A stretch of DNA of 63,986 nt, filler included, from Dimargaris cristalligena (GCA_003614675.1; 3 parts of 3 records of this genome joined end to end with filler, not necessarily neighbours in it); one strand, 5' to 3'; numbered from the whole stretch's first letter, positions 48,332 to 61,800 are shown. Notes: a model not told the origin generated them from the sequence alone. Translations and numbers: made by a program.

Positions 48332-48580
48332 CGTGCCAGTCCAAAGTTTTTTAAAATTGACCAAAAATGTGTTTTTTTTTTTATTATGTGTAGATATATA
48401 AATATTTATATATATTAGGAATGGCCTTCGACTCATTATGTATCATAACTAGCAAGAATGGCGTTCGTTGGAGGTTGCAACAGGACCATCATGTTGGCAG
48501 AAAGCGTGATGATTTGGCCATAGGTTAATTTGTCGGGTGGGCATAGATTACATGAAATAGAGAATCGGGGGTTTTATGGT

Positions 48581-49450
48581 TTATGGTACAGAGGTGGGTT
48601 TGTGGATCTAATGGGCCAAACGTGTCCGTATAAGTCGAAAACATAGAAACGTAGATTAGTTATAGGACTGGAAACCAAGATGGGCCACAAAGTGATATCC
48701 CTCTTGACGGGGTTAGTAGAGTAACTGAGTGGTAGTTTAATTGGAACAAGTGGAGGCGGAATAATTTTAAAAGAGACTTACCAGGGAGGCGACCATCAGC
48801 CAATCCATGGCCTTGAGAGTTGTATCGCCAGCAGGGTGCGGGGGGTGGTCATGGTCCCAAACCATGAACCCTCCGAATTTGCGAGTGGCCATGAGTACCG
48901 TTCGCTCTATAGGCTGGGGAGGAACATCGGGATGGGGAGCGTACAATTGATCGACCTGGCGCGCCGTTAGCACATAGCCCTGGAATCCTTTGGGTACCGA
49001 ACTCCGCCGACCCTGAAGTAAACGGCCCCGAAATCCGGAAAGATAGACTATATATATATATATAATTTGGATATAGACGGACAAGGCGAAGGCGAAGATG
49101 GTGATACTCGTGGTGAGTTAACTTTATTGTAGGGGTGGCGAGGACTAGCGGCATTCGTATAGCAAGGGTATAGAAAAGGTGGGGTGCGGTGCGGAGGGTA
49201 TAAACTTACTGGATTTTGAAACGGGGTAGGCGGGGGGTTCCTTAGTTAGCGACTGGTCCTCCTCAGCGGACGACTCTGCTGCGTAAGCGGGAACGTATTT
49301 GCCCTGGATCTGAAAGAATTGGTCAACCTCGGCGGGGCCGTTGTAGTTGATCCAGCAGGGCATCTGGTGAAGACGGGCGCTAGGTAACGGCGAACCGGCC
49401 GTACCGTCGTCTTTCAATTGGGGGGCTTTGGTGGGTATAACAATGGACAT
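48581..49450 (-). CDS. RNASEH2C: Ribonuclease H2 subunit C; exons 49450-49210, 49047-48782, 48607-48581
   Basis: LHQMPCWINYNGPAEVDQFF, FRGRLLQG...VPKGFQGYVL, F..FMVWDHD..P, AMDWL.VASL|IH: the characteristic RNase H2C motif series. Confidence 0.9.
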
Positions 49451-50991
49451 GGTGGGTCGAGAATATATAGTAAAGGAGGTGGGGAAATGGAGTAGGAGAA
49501 TCTAAATAATTGGTTATAGACAGTGCCAAGGGTGCAAGAACTGGCCCCAGAAGTGGAATGGCGGAGTAGTTATGAGGTCAGGCTGGTTGGACTTGTATGC
49601 ACCAACCCTATGACCGGTACTGGTTAGGAAAAGACAGGAGAGGAAGGAAGGCCTCTTCCCTCTTTCGGGGGTGCTACAGCCATTATGGTTCCGGACCATC
49701 CCGCAGGCTGGCAGAAACCCGTTGCTCTCATAGTGGGTGCTTGCATACGAATAGCTGTGTAGCTAATCCTAACCTGTAATCTGGACACTATCTGTAGCTG
49801 CGAATACCACTGTAGGCAATAGTAGGCCCAATGATTACTAGGGATTATCGTCATCTATTAGTGTGACTAAATGTAAATGAAACTACAGTGCGGGACAGGG
49901 GCAACCCGCTGTCTATTCGACACCCTGTCTCCTTCTTTAGCACACTGCATTGACCATTGATATCAATTGACATTGGGCCTGCACCAAACAGTGGCTCCAC
50001 CGCACATCCTAACCTTATGCTTGTACACAGTGTTTTAGTAAAACATTGGGTCATAAAGCCCATATATACGGTTTTCCGCCTCCATAATTCTACACCCTCA
50101 GAAAGAATATCGCCATTATTTTACCATATTTATTCTTGTCATTTTAAGTAAAAGCAGTGAAGAACGCTGTGACATGTAGAGCCCCTATTAACTGGGCAAG
50201 AGATAAGTATAGAGGAAGTCCATAGAACACAGCGAATGACCCCGCACAGTTTATTTTTTTAATTAAAAAATAGGTGAGTAACTTTGTCCTATTCGATTTA
50301 GTATTACCGATCACGAGAGGGCGGTCATAATTCCTGGCTAGTAACCGCTACGAACACGAGCCTCCATTACTAAATACATTCAGCGTATTTCCCACTGTAC
50401 CAAGCGGTCACTATTCACCCCTGTGTAATCACCGATGACCGGGCCAGGTAAATCGAGCAACACAACCGAACCAATCGCATCCCCCATATTGCCTAGACAA
50501 AGGAATGAAAAACTATCGATCACAATTGATTAGCGGGAGTAAACAACTTAGATACCTACGCAAGTGAAGTCAATAAGGGCGGCTATAGGGTAAATGGCCG
50601 TTGATTTTTATAGTTTCCCAAATCTGGGCATAAAATACCTCACCTGGTTCTCGAATTACACCCCCAGACTCGCTCAGATCAACATGCCCTTGTGCACCTC
50701 ACCACATGGCCCAAATACAATTGGGTTTGCGCTTTTACATGGGCTCAACTACTAGGCCTGGACGGCTGGTGAAGATGCAAAACCCCTTTTCCCCTTGGTC
50801 TTTCAACTTGTTTGGTATATAATTCCAGTAAATGCCTCCCGCACCAACCTATCCCCACATCTCATACTATTTATCACTGCCCGAGTACCACCAGGCAGGG
50901 TACTTGCGTTATTTCGAGTTCACCCCTATTCCAATCCTTATTCTCCCACCCAGTCACACCCGTTCGTCCGTTATCCACAAGTGCTATCGCC

Positions 50992-51234
50992 ATGGCTGTC
51001 AAGCATATCCTTCTGGTATTACTCTGCTTAGCCGTCCCATTTGTGTTAGGAGGCCCGGTCGCATCTACAACGATGTCAGGATCGGAGGAGACCCCGTCGA
51101 GCCAGGAGAATATAGATAACGAACAACTCGTCCTCAGTCCAATCCTGCCAGACTGGCTAGCCAAAGCACTTCAGAAGGACCGAAACAAGCAGACATGGAT
51201 GGCACAAGTTTTGAACGGCACTACCTTCTATTGA
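50992..51234 (+). CDS. Small secreted protein (80 aa), paralogue of 53181-53429
   Basis: GCCATGG start; signal peptide MAVKHILLVLLCLAVPFVLG; C-terminal block LPDWLAKALQKDRNKQTWMAQVLNG shared with the paralogue. Confidence 0.75.
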   Translation: MAVKHILLVLLCLAVPFVLGGPVASTTMSGSEETPSSQENIDNEQLVLSPILPDWLAKALQKDRNKQTWMAQVLNGTTFY

Positions 51235-53180
51235 TAGTCATACGCGATATTCCGTCCCTTGACCCGCGAATGGGCCAACTATATACAGCCATTTTATAAC
51301 CCACTCACATTTTCTGACCAGACCCCAATTTAGCCTACTATAGACCGCTACGTCCAATTTCTAAGCTAAATATACCCTGCTGTATTTCGCAAGTCTTTTT
51401 ATAATCCCTTGTTTTATTAAACACTCCTTGCGAAATAAAGCGTCTGCCATAAAAGGTTTTCGACTATCATAATCTATTAGAGTCGCACATGGATGTAGAT
51501 GGCTTACAGCTATTGTGTGTATCTATTATCAATTTTAAATATGGATAGTATTAATAAACGCAGGAATACTATTAAATTAAAGACCATATTTGATTTGGGC
51601 CGACGGCTATCAACAGTACACCTGCATCTTAACTTGGCTGTCCAGGAACCGGCCGGCATACCGTTGTGCTAAAGTTTAATAAACGTGCTCTTTTATCTAC
51701 AGTAGTAGGGCTGCACCATGGCAAGTAGTAGAAAAATCAACCTAATGCTACCGACCTCTAATCCGGAATTTCGGAAGTAGTGGTTCATTCTTTATCAATG
51801 CAACTAATTGAATTTTGTGGCATAAGAATAGAGAAGTAGTGGGTTATAAGGGAACATGAACCTCGAGGATTCATGGTCTTAGTTGGGATTGTTTTATTGC
51901 ACCTAATGGGCCCTTACCAATATTGAAGTCGGGTAGAAATGTCGGATTTTCATACTCTGATAACGAGTGATCTTCCATTTCGATATATTGGTATAATATT
52001 GACGGTGATTCACCTGACTACGAGGGTGCCTTTTATTTACTGGGACAGAGGTCTCTCTAGCAGCCTATGTCAAGAAATATCGGTTATATTTCCCGCTCAA
52101 TTTACACTACTCCCTAGTTAATCACTACACGTACTGACATACAAGGCTCTAGGTATGGCCGATGGGATATAGGCATATACAGGCTTTAATGTTGGAATGG
52201 CACAGGTCGGCTTAGATTTCACTAAAAAAAGGCGCCACTCCCGTCTCTTTACTCGCATCTATACGTAGCTGTTTAAGCAAGACTGGTTTACTAATTCCCC
52301 GAGGCATTTATATGCAAAGTCAGCTTATGTGTTCTTATTATGCCCTATCTTTTAGTCGCACACCATGTCTTTCAAATCAGTATTATTAGCGACATCTGCC
52401 AAGGCAATTAGGTGTTCCTCCAATCGATGAGCTGGAACCATTAACGTGTACCGCCCGAAATGGATGAGTATATTACGTTGCAGACTTTAATTCCATAGTT
52501 CGGCCTGCCAAGTGGACCGGTGCCCATGTATGATTAACACGATGGGTGGTGTAAGTCCAAAGGCGATCAGGCTTCTCTGCCAGCCACCAATCGATCCCAC
52601 TGATCCCATACGTGATACTAAAATTAAAGACCAAGCCGTATTGGACTGCCCTACGGACCTTTGCATTTGGCCAGAATGGATCTCCCTCGGTCAACTGACA
52701 CACTACAACTAAAGCGGGGAGCGGGAATGTGCTCAATCTCCCTCATCGATAATAAGGGGTCGCCTGAGCCAACCCCATGCCTAACGGAAATTATGCCTAT
52801 ATAGATCGGGACTTCCTTCAGTCCTCCCATTTGATGGTGCTGCCGATTCGTAGCCCTCTCTGGCGGTTGTTCAAAAATGAGTGACGGATCGTTGTATCTC
52901 CAATCGGAATGTTGATGAAATCCGGCAAATATTTCTTCCCCCTGTTCTATTAGCCTGCATAGGACTTGAGCTAGGTAGTGGTTCCAGAACTGATCATATC
53001 GTCCCAATTCCAGATCGGTTGGTTGTATATAAAAGCGGTACTTAAATCCACCCTAACCTATCCGACCAACTATATCACAACACCTTTTAATATAACCTAG
53101 GTAGCACAGTCACGCCCCATGTTCTAACCGCCTATCCTCCCCGGACCCCTCTGTCACCAGGCCTTTCTAAGTTCGTTACC

Positions 53181-53429
53181 ATGGCCGTCAAATGTACCGC
53201 TGTAATCGCATTGTTCCTCACCGTCTCGCTCGTTCTGGGTAGCCCATGTCCGCTCGATTCGAATCACTCGGTCTCTGAGCTACAGGCGCGCCGTAATCGC
53301 AATGGCTCCACTACCAGCTTAAGTGTGGACTGGAGCTTAAATCCTACGTTGGCCGCCGCACTTGAAAAGGACCGACTGAAGCGGGAGACGATTGCCAATA
53401 CTTTGAAGGGCCTAAAATCCAATAAGTGA
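53181..53429 (+). CDS. Small secreted protein (82 aa), paralogue of 50992-51234
   Basis: ACCATGG start; TATATAAAA at 53026-53034; signal peptide MAVKCTAVIALFLTVSLVLG; C-terminal block LNPTLAAALEKDRLKRETIANTLKG. Confidence 0.78.
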   Translation: MAVKCTAVIALFLTVSLVLGSPCPLDSNHSVSELQARRNRNGSTTSLSVDWSLNPTLAAALEKDRLKRETIANTLKGLKSNK

Positions 53430-54098
53430 TTTAGCTTAGCCTCCATGTCGCCCGAGTATTGGAGATTACCCCATTATTCATCCATAGATATTTCTCAGTC
53501 ATCCATTATGCCGATTTTATAATGCCCAAACATTTTATACTTCAATTATTTTATATAATAACGATTAGTGGATTCCTACGTCTCTTTTGTAGCGTCATCT
53601 CTTCTTTTACCTACCACTGGGAGAATAAATAATGTTTATCTTTAAATCTAAGCTTTACAATCTAAAAAAAACAGTCAGCTGATATGAAAAATTGCCATTT
53701 TTGGACGAGTGGAGGGAGGTTAGTGTGGTGCCAATTAGAGGCTGTGAAGCTGGGAGCCGTCCATAAACTATTCAGGGAGGCTACTGAATGTATTTTATTG
53801 GGGTGTCTTCTGGCCTAAAACGCCCTACTGTATACGAAGATAGAGAGGTCTCTGGCAAAATCGTACCGCACGTTGCATGGCGGCTATACCTGAAAAGACC
53901 CACAATCAGAATACTATTTCATGATAAATCCTAATTGTTTCTAGTGTTAGATACTAAACCGACCACCTACTACTTACCTACCCTTCTGGCGAGTTAGAGC
54001 CCTTTTGTTACGCACTCTGGGACCATTCCGCTAGTCTATCATCCCACTACAATCGCTCCCCTTCCCTCAATTCCCAACTCGCCGGCCCGATTCGTACC

Positions 54099-55121
54099 AT
54101 GTCCGACACCTACCTTGTCATTGGCGGCTGTGGGTTCCTCGGCAGTCACATTGTCGAGCAACTTCTCGATAAGTGCCCCGAGGCCGCCGTGCGCATTCTC
54201 GACCTCCGGCGGACGTTTGAGGTACCGCGTGCCGAGTATTTTATCGGGGACATCTGCGACTATGACCTGATGGTCAAAGCCTGTACCGGGGTAACGGCCG
54301 TCATCCACACGGCGTCCCCCCACGCCGGGGTCCCGGCCACCATTATGCGCAAGGTGAACGTAGAGGGCACCGCCAACGTCATCCGGGCCTGCCGGGCCTG
54401 TTCGGTGCCTAGCTTGATCTTCACCAGCAGTTCATCGGTCGTGCTCGGTGCCCAGGGGCACTTGACCAACGCCGATGAAACTACCCCCTACCCGACCCGG
54501 TTTGCCGACTACTACGGTCAAACGAAAGCTGAGGCCGAACAACTGGTCCTGGCCGCTAATGACCCCGCCGCCGGGTTCCGGACCTGCTCGCTTCGGCCCG
54601 CCGGGATCTTCGGCCCCCGGGACCAGCAAATGGTGCCCCAGAGTCTTAACTCGCTCAAGAAACGGGCTAACCTGTTCCAGATTGGGTCGAACCATACCCT
54701 CGTGGACTGCACCTACGTCGGCAATGTGGCCCATGCCCATCTCCTAGCCGTCGAGCGCCTACCCAAATTCGAAGCAGTGGCCGGCGAGGCCTTCTTTATC
54801 ACCAACGACAACCCCGTGTTGTTCTGGGACCCGATGCGCGCCCTTTGGAGCCTGGTCGGCGCTTCTACCCGCCCTGTTGTCGTGATCCCCGACTGGGGCG
54901 CCTATTTAATCTACTACCTTCTATACGGTATCCTTACGGCCCTTTCCTATGTTATCCCCACTATCTCCACCCGTGCCCCGTTCGTGGTTAAACTCATGGT
55001 GACCCACCGCTTCTTTAACATCACCAAGGCCAAGACCTACCTGGGCTACCGGGCCATTGTTCCTCTGGACGATGGATTCCGGCGTAGTGTGGAGTGGTAT
55101 CGTGAAACTCAAAAATCGTAA
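54099..55121 (+). CDS. ERG26: 3-beta-hydroxysteroid dehydrogenase / C-3 sterol dehydrogenase (NSDHL/Erg26-like), intronless
   Basis: VIGGCGFLGSHIV, VIHTASP, VNVEGT, FTSSSSV, catalytic YGQTK, LRPAGIFGPRD, TYVGNVAHAHLLA, GEAFFITND. The family is secure; exact orthology is less so. Confidence 0.88.
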   Translation: MSDTYLVIGGCGFLGSHIVEQLLDKCPEAAVRILDLRRTFEVPRAEYFIGDICDYDLMVKACTGVTAVIHTASPHAGVPATIMRKVNVEGTANVIRACRACSVPSLIFTSSSSVVLGAQGHLTNADETTPYPTRFADYYGQTKAEAEQLVLAANDPAAGFRTCSLRPAGIFGPRDQQMVPQSLNSLKKRANLFQIGSNHTLVDCTYVGNVAHAHLLAVERLPKFEAVAGEAFFITNDNPVLFWDPMRALWSLVGASTRPVVVIPDWGAYLIYYLLYGILTALSYVIPTISTRAPFVVKLMVTHRFFNITKAKTYLGYRAIVPLDDGFRRSVEWYRETQKS

Positions 55122-55301
55122 CGAGTTGCGTGTTCCTTCAAATAATGCTTTTATTTCAATAATATATATATATATATCTCATTGATATTACATTTTACAT
55201 CGATATCAGAGAACGGCTGGCTTGGGCCATATAAGCCATCTGGCCAATCGTAATGGCGTATGGCTAATGTCCAGGGTGTATACATTGATTGATGGTAGGG
55301 T

Positions 55302-58145
55302 CTAGGTCACTGTGCGACTGGTCCGCCAGAGGGACACGTGTCCAGCTTCATTATAGGCGGCCATAGTGTTGGTTGTCGGGTGATGAGTAATTCCTCGTAC
55401 TTCGGCTTCGGCCAACTACTCGATGTAAGTAATATTAGGGCAGATCAACAGCCACAACGGACAAAAGGTTGATAGGTTAGAGCCGTGTACGAATAGTACT
55501 TTAGTGTAGAGCCGCGGCAATTACCAACTTGCGTAAACAAGTACATATTCGTAAAGTATAGAGACAATTAAAAATTAGCACGTGCAACTTACCTTTACCG
55601 TGTGTTCCATAAGCCCCGATTCGACATTAAAGCAGTACAGGGTCGAATCAGTGCCAATCGCATAAATATACTCGCCCCGGGGCGATATCGCACAGTCGAC
55701 AAAGTCGGGCGCGGTATCGTCAGCCCCTGGGAGTTCAAACCGCTTGACTACACGGCCTTCGACAGTCATAATGTAGACCGCCGGTAGCTGTGGGCACATC
55801 ACGACCTGGTTGGCCTGTCCCGGAACCTGCTGTAAACGCAGCAAAGAGGCCGATGAAACGCTGGCCGGAACCGCTGTGCCCATCGATGAGCGAGCCTGTG
55901 GCGATAATGAAAGGAGGCATTCAGCGGACTTATAGTCCCAGACCTTAACCGTGCCATCGCTACTGGCACTGAGGATTTTCGACATATCCATTGAAAACAG
56001 CACACTGTTGACAAAGGATGTGTGGCCTCGATATTCCTTCAGAGTCTTACCTGATTTCAGGCCGTGGAGTCTACAAAAGGAATAGTAATTGAAAACAAAA
56101 AATATCATTAGTCCAATTTTCGAAGGTGTAGCGAAAAAATCACTAGAGGGATCCCCAGAACAACCTGCGGTCCTCGAGTTCTAGTTTTGAATAAGCTGCC
56201 AGTTGAGATAGAAGAGAAAGGTTGCTCTCTGGGAGTGGCTTAGACATCTTACCTCACTGTATGGTCGAAACTGCCGGTCAGAACCTGGGATCCAGACTTA
56301 TTGAAGCATATCGATGTGACGCCCTGAGTATGGGCGGCCGGAAACCGGCGCACACACAAGCCGTCCTTAATGGTCCAGATTTTGACGGTGCCCTCACGAC
56401 ATCCTGATGCGAGTAGGTCGCCGTCCAAACTGAAGGCTAGGCTCGATACCCCCGCACTCATGTGCATGAATTTCCCATCGGCCTGGTATTTCACGTCGCT
56501 TCGCAGTTTTCCTGTAAAATGATTCCAGAGTTCAATGTATCCGTCTTCGCTACCAGTGACGAGATATTCACCCCCGGGGGAAAAGACGGCCGTCTCGGGT
56601 CGTTTGGCACGGGGAAACTGTCAAGCGGGGATGAGGGAATTGTGGGTAAAATAAAAAGGCAAGCATGGTCGTTGATGTATTAGTTACAATTAAGTAGTAA
56701 GGCGAAGGAGTATTTTGATAAGATACGATATGGAGCGGACACGAGTCGTTGCAGTCTCAATGGTTGAGTCATGTAGTAAAGAAATTACCTGGATAGTTGC
56801 GTAGCATTCGGTGGGTATCGAGTCGTCTTCCACGCGGGCGGCAGCGGCTGTTCCCCCGAATAGATCGAAACCTCCCTCAATAGGGAGAAGTCCCTGGTGT
56901 TGCTGCCACTTTAGAGACTGGCCAAGCAGAGTCAAGAGACGGGCCGGTGGAACCGAAGTGACTTCCTTGGAGAGCTCTATGGGGTCAGTTGGCCAGAGGG
57001 GAATATGTGTGTAATCCGTATGAAGAAAGGGATTCAATGTGGGGATTTGGGTATTAGGCCACCTTAGTCACAGTAAACAGCGCCAAGGGATGTCCCGCAA
57101 GGGAATGGTGGCTGATTAAGGTAAATAAAATGTTGATAACTTACCTTGGGCAATTTTTTGTCGCCGCTTCTCCTTGGATAGTCCGTCGATATAAATCTAG
57201 AGGTTCGTAGCGGATTGATCGCATTGAAGGATAGACACAACATGCAGTTAGCCATCAATTAGTGCATTTCTATTGAAAGGGGCATGGACAATGTTAACCG
57301 AGGGAAAAGAGCTCCCTGGGGATGGCTAAATGGTGCAGGAAAACGTAGTATTTAGGAGATCATCCTACCTCATGGGGGTCTGATGGAATTCGGGAAAGCA
57401 GCTGCTCTAAATGAAGGTAGCGGGCGGGGTATTTTTGGCGTAGTATTTGCATGGTTTCAGTTTGGCGCACCAAATTCCGGGCAGCAGCAATCTCGCGCAT
57501 TTCAATCAGTTCCATCGCAATTTGCTCGTAAAGGGGAATTAATTTTTTGATGGGTAGACGGAGTGGGACCACCGTCTTTAGCACGTTTTCCCATCGCCCC
57601 CGCTGAATATCCTGGACAAACCCAGGAAGGTTGTCGACTGTGTTGAGCTGGATGCCCGTCTCCTCCTAAAATGGGCGCAACGAAGAGTGGGCAGGGCAGT
57701 GAAATTAAGCAGGTTTAATATAAGGAGCCGGTTCAATAGTCCTTATTGACACGGGGCACTTCAGAATACCAGGCACTAGGGATACCAATTTCTATCGACC
57801 TTTAGTTTAGCTGAGTGAAAACTTACCTGGAGAGTTTCGAAAGTTCGGTGGAGATTATTTTCCTTTAAAAACTGTTGAATCAGTCGGATCACACTGGTAA
57901 GGTTCGGTGGTGTTCGCAGTAATTGGGGGTGGCAGAGTATTTCCAATGTTTATAAGTGTCGTAAAAAAATAATAAAGCGATAATCGGCATTAGCGGCAGC
58001 TGACAAGGTTGCGGAGGGAATGTATGAAGCAGCGGTATATATGTGCATTGGCTTAGCCCAAGGGAAGGCCGTCAGAACGTTGAAGGAACCAAAGGGTTTG
58101 GGTGCTAACTTACTCCGACGCCTCAATGTCAATGGACATGGACAT
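55302..58145 (-). CDS. SMU1: WD40/LisH spliceosomal B-complex protein SMU1, multi-exon
   Basis: MSMSIDIEAS|..VIRLIQQFLKENNL, LYEQIAMELIEMRE, RYLHLEQLL, SKEKRRQKIAQ, EVTSVPPARLLTLLGQSLKWQQHQGLLP, RLHGLKSGKTLKEYRGHTSFVN, ITHHP; stop TAG at 55302-55304. Confidence 0.95.
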
Positions 58146-58821
58146 GGTTAATGCTGCGGCTTTGAAGGTGAATGTCGTTAAAGGTACAATTGAGGGTACG
58201 TAATAAAAGTAGGGTCAAAGCGGCGGCAACTATTGAGAGAAATGCATGCCAAAAGGTAAATGCGTTGAGCGAAGCGGGAAATACTAGGCCATATTATATT
58301 TTTGTCTTTCTTGGTTGGAACGATTATAGCAGGGCAGTAGTAATAATAGTGGTCTCCAAACTAAAGACCAATTGGGATGCAATGTGTGCACTCGACTGCC
58401 TTCCCATTAGGACAAGCATATATATCACGTGATCGGGATGACTGCAGCTAAAGGTATGTCAAGCATCGTGAAAAAAGAAAGAAAAGCACCATGACTATGT
58501 ATATGGCCAGTCTATCCAAAGCACCAGTTGTAATTTTTTTCTCCTCCCAAGAATTAGGGGAAGCCAGCCAACTTCTGTGATAAGCGAAATAGGTCCCGAT
58601 AATACTTACGTCCATTGGTATACCCGTACTTGCATTTCTTCATTCCCGGTGCTCGACATTCAGCTTGGTTGACTATCTATTCGGTGAATCCCCTATTCCT
58701 CCTCTCGATTCGCTCGTCGATTTGTGCAGCCGTCTCGACATCGCCCCAGCCCTACACCCAGCCACCACTCCTTGCGTTCTATAGTTCCAGCTGACTCGAA
58801 TAGACACCCTCCTACCCAGCC

Positions 58822-61800
58822 ATGAAGACCGACTTCAAGGTAAGAAGGCGCCCTTATTTTACTGAACACCGAACAAAATCCCTGATAAATTTTTAGGTAG
58901 TCGTATGAATTGAATAGAGGAGTTGGGGGGTGCATAGACGCCATAACTAGCCTACTATGCCTTACATCGACGCAAATGTCAGATTCCTCGCTTCTAATAT
59001 TGCTCTACCCCAAATACATGTTAAATTTCACGGCCAATACGTATAGTTTGCCAACTTGTGTGGCTCGGCCTACAAAAAGGGCAATTTGCTCTACACCCCC
59101 GACGGTAATTCCATCATTAGCCCAGTGGGTAACCGCGTCTCCGTTTTTGATTTGGTCAAGTAAGTACAGTGTCCTCCCGATTTCGGCCCCTTGTGGGTCA
59201 CTGGCTCCGCTGCCAAGTAGATTACTTGAAACCCCATACCCACCGCCTCTTCTGGCTTTTGCAAATTCAAACCACTGCTTATTTTTACTAACCACTGGTC
59301 CAGGGCCATTCAACCCTCTTAATGTCTATCCAAATCTCCCGATGGTTTCTACATTAGCAACAAATCGGAGACCCTGCCGGTCCAGAGTTTCCATGATATC
59401 AACTTCATGGCCATGTCCCCATCGGGCCAGCTGCTGCTGGTCGTGGACCGACGGGGCTACGCCAACCTAATCAGTATGACCCGCAAAATCCTCATCGCCC
59501 AATTCCGGGTCGACCAGGACTCCGTCGCTGCCCAGTTCAGCCCGGATGGTCGGTACTTTGCCGTGGCCGGCCGGCTCGTCGTGAGCGTCCGGAAAACCCC
59601 CAGTTTGGACCGCCAGTACAGTCCGCTGGAAGTGTACGCCGTCACGTTGCCGCACCGTAATGATATCACGAGCATTCAGTGGACGGCCGACAGCCGTCAC
59701 CTTCTTACTACGAGTGAGGACCGCACGGTGGGCTTTTATACGCTGCCCGACCGGGCCCAACCCTTGAAGCCCATGGCGGGGGTCTGGATGGGGGGCCATA
59801 CGGATACCCCTATTGCCGCGTTCATGAGCCCAGATGGGACCACCCTGTACAGTGTGGGTCGGGACCGTAAACTGGTTCGGCGCCAATGCCGAGACCTGGA
59901 CAATAAGGTAGCACTAACCCTAGACGACATGGCCCAGGGCCACGTGGGGTCCTGGCGGAAAATGGGCGAGGAACGCTTTGATCAATGTAAGGGTCGTGTA
60001 ACGGCGGCCACTTACCATCCAAACACTCAGCTTCTGGTCGTGGGCTTCGACGATGGTCTGTTTGGTTTGTGGGAGATGCCCGATTTCAATTCTATTCACA
60101 TGCTCAATATTAGCAAGTTTCCCATTAGCACGGTGGCCATCAACCCCACTGGGGAGTGGATCGCTTTGGGCTCGGAGGAGCAGGGCCAACTCCTGGTTTG
60201 GGAATGGCAGTCGGAGACCTACGTCTTCAAACAGCAGGGCCATTCGTTCGACATGAACGCCGTTGCCTATTCCCCCGACGGCCAGTACCTGGCGACCTGC
60301 GACGACTTGGGTAAAATCAAGATCTGGAACACCACGTCCGGCTACTGTTTCGTTACCTTCTCCGAGCACCAGTCGTCCGTGACGGCCCTGACCTTCACCA
60401 AAAACGGCCAGGTTATCGTGTCCGCTTCTCTGGACGGCACGGTCCGGGCCTACGATCTAGTCCGCTACCGGAATTTCCGCACCTTCACCACCCCCGAACC
60501 CGTCCAGTTCAGCTCCCTAGCCGTCGATGCCAGCGGTGAAATCGTCTGCGCCGGGTCCCAGGACAACTTCGAGATCTCCGTGTGGTCGATGCAGACGGGT
60601 AAACTGTTGGATGTGCTCAATGGTCACGAAGGCCCCGTTAGCTCCCTGGCCTTCCACCCCGGCGGCCAGGTATTGGCCTCCGCCTCGTGGGATAAGACCG
60701 TGAAGCTTTGGCACCTGTTGAACCGCGACCGGGCGGTGGAATCCCTGCGCCACGGTCGGGAGGTATTAGTTGTAACCTACCGCCCCGACGGGGAACAGCT
60801 AGCCACCAGTACTCTGGACGGTCAAATTCACTTTTGGAACATCGAGTTCGCTAACCAAACCGGGTCCATCGAAGGACAGCGGGACCTGGTCTCGGGGAAA
60901 GCGATCAACGACTTCGGGTCAGTCACTGACATGTACAAGCACAAATACTTCACCAGCCTCTGCTACAGCACCGACGGGTCCGCGATTCTGGGTGGTGGAC
61001 GGAGTAACTACATTTGCCTGTACGATACGCAGACCGCGGTGCTCATCCGGCGATTCCCCATCACGGCGAGCAAAGAATACGACGGCACGCAAACCCGCCT
61101 CCGCCGGGATCAGCTCAGCGAAGCCGGTCCCATGGCCCTGATCGATGACGAGTCCGATGAAGAGACGGACCGGCACGGCCGCCGAATCAAGGACAAATCC
61201 CTACCCGGGGTCCAAAAAGGTGACCTCTCCCGCCGTACGGTGCGCCCCGAAGTCCGCACCCACGACGTGAAATTCTCCCCCACTGGCCGGGCCTGGGCGG
61301 CCGCCTCCACGGAAGGTCTACTCGTGTATTCCCTGGACGACACCTGGATTTTCGACCCCTTTGATCTGGACCTGCACGTCACCCCCGCTTCGGTTCTCGA
61401 ATCGCTCGATCAGGGTGAATACCTCACTGCACTCATCATGGCCTTCCGCCTGAACGAAAAAGCCCTCATGGTCAAGGTGTACGAAAATATCCCGCCCACC
61501 GATGTGCCCATCCTGGCCCGCGATTTCCCCGAGGCCTATCTCGATCGCATGCTGCACTTTATCGCCGTTCACGCCGAAGAAAACCCCCACCTGGAATTCC
61601 ATATGCTCTGGGTGAGTAGCCTTCTGCGCGACCACGGTCGGTTTATTAAACGGCACTCGACTCGGCTGCAGCCGGTGCTTCGGAATATCCTGAAGGCCAT
61701 CACCCGGATCCAGCAGGATCTTTCCAAAATGTAAGTGTACCTATATCATCCCCCCACCTCTTTATACTTCCAGCTGCCTTTTTTTTTTTTGATGCTCATT

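Noticed and set aside
52651..53007. 118-aa minus-strand ORF upstream of the second secreted peptide
   Set aside because: Non-ATG start, lies in a promoter region, and no recognisable domain.
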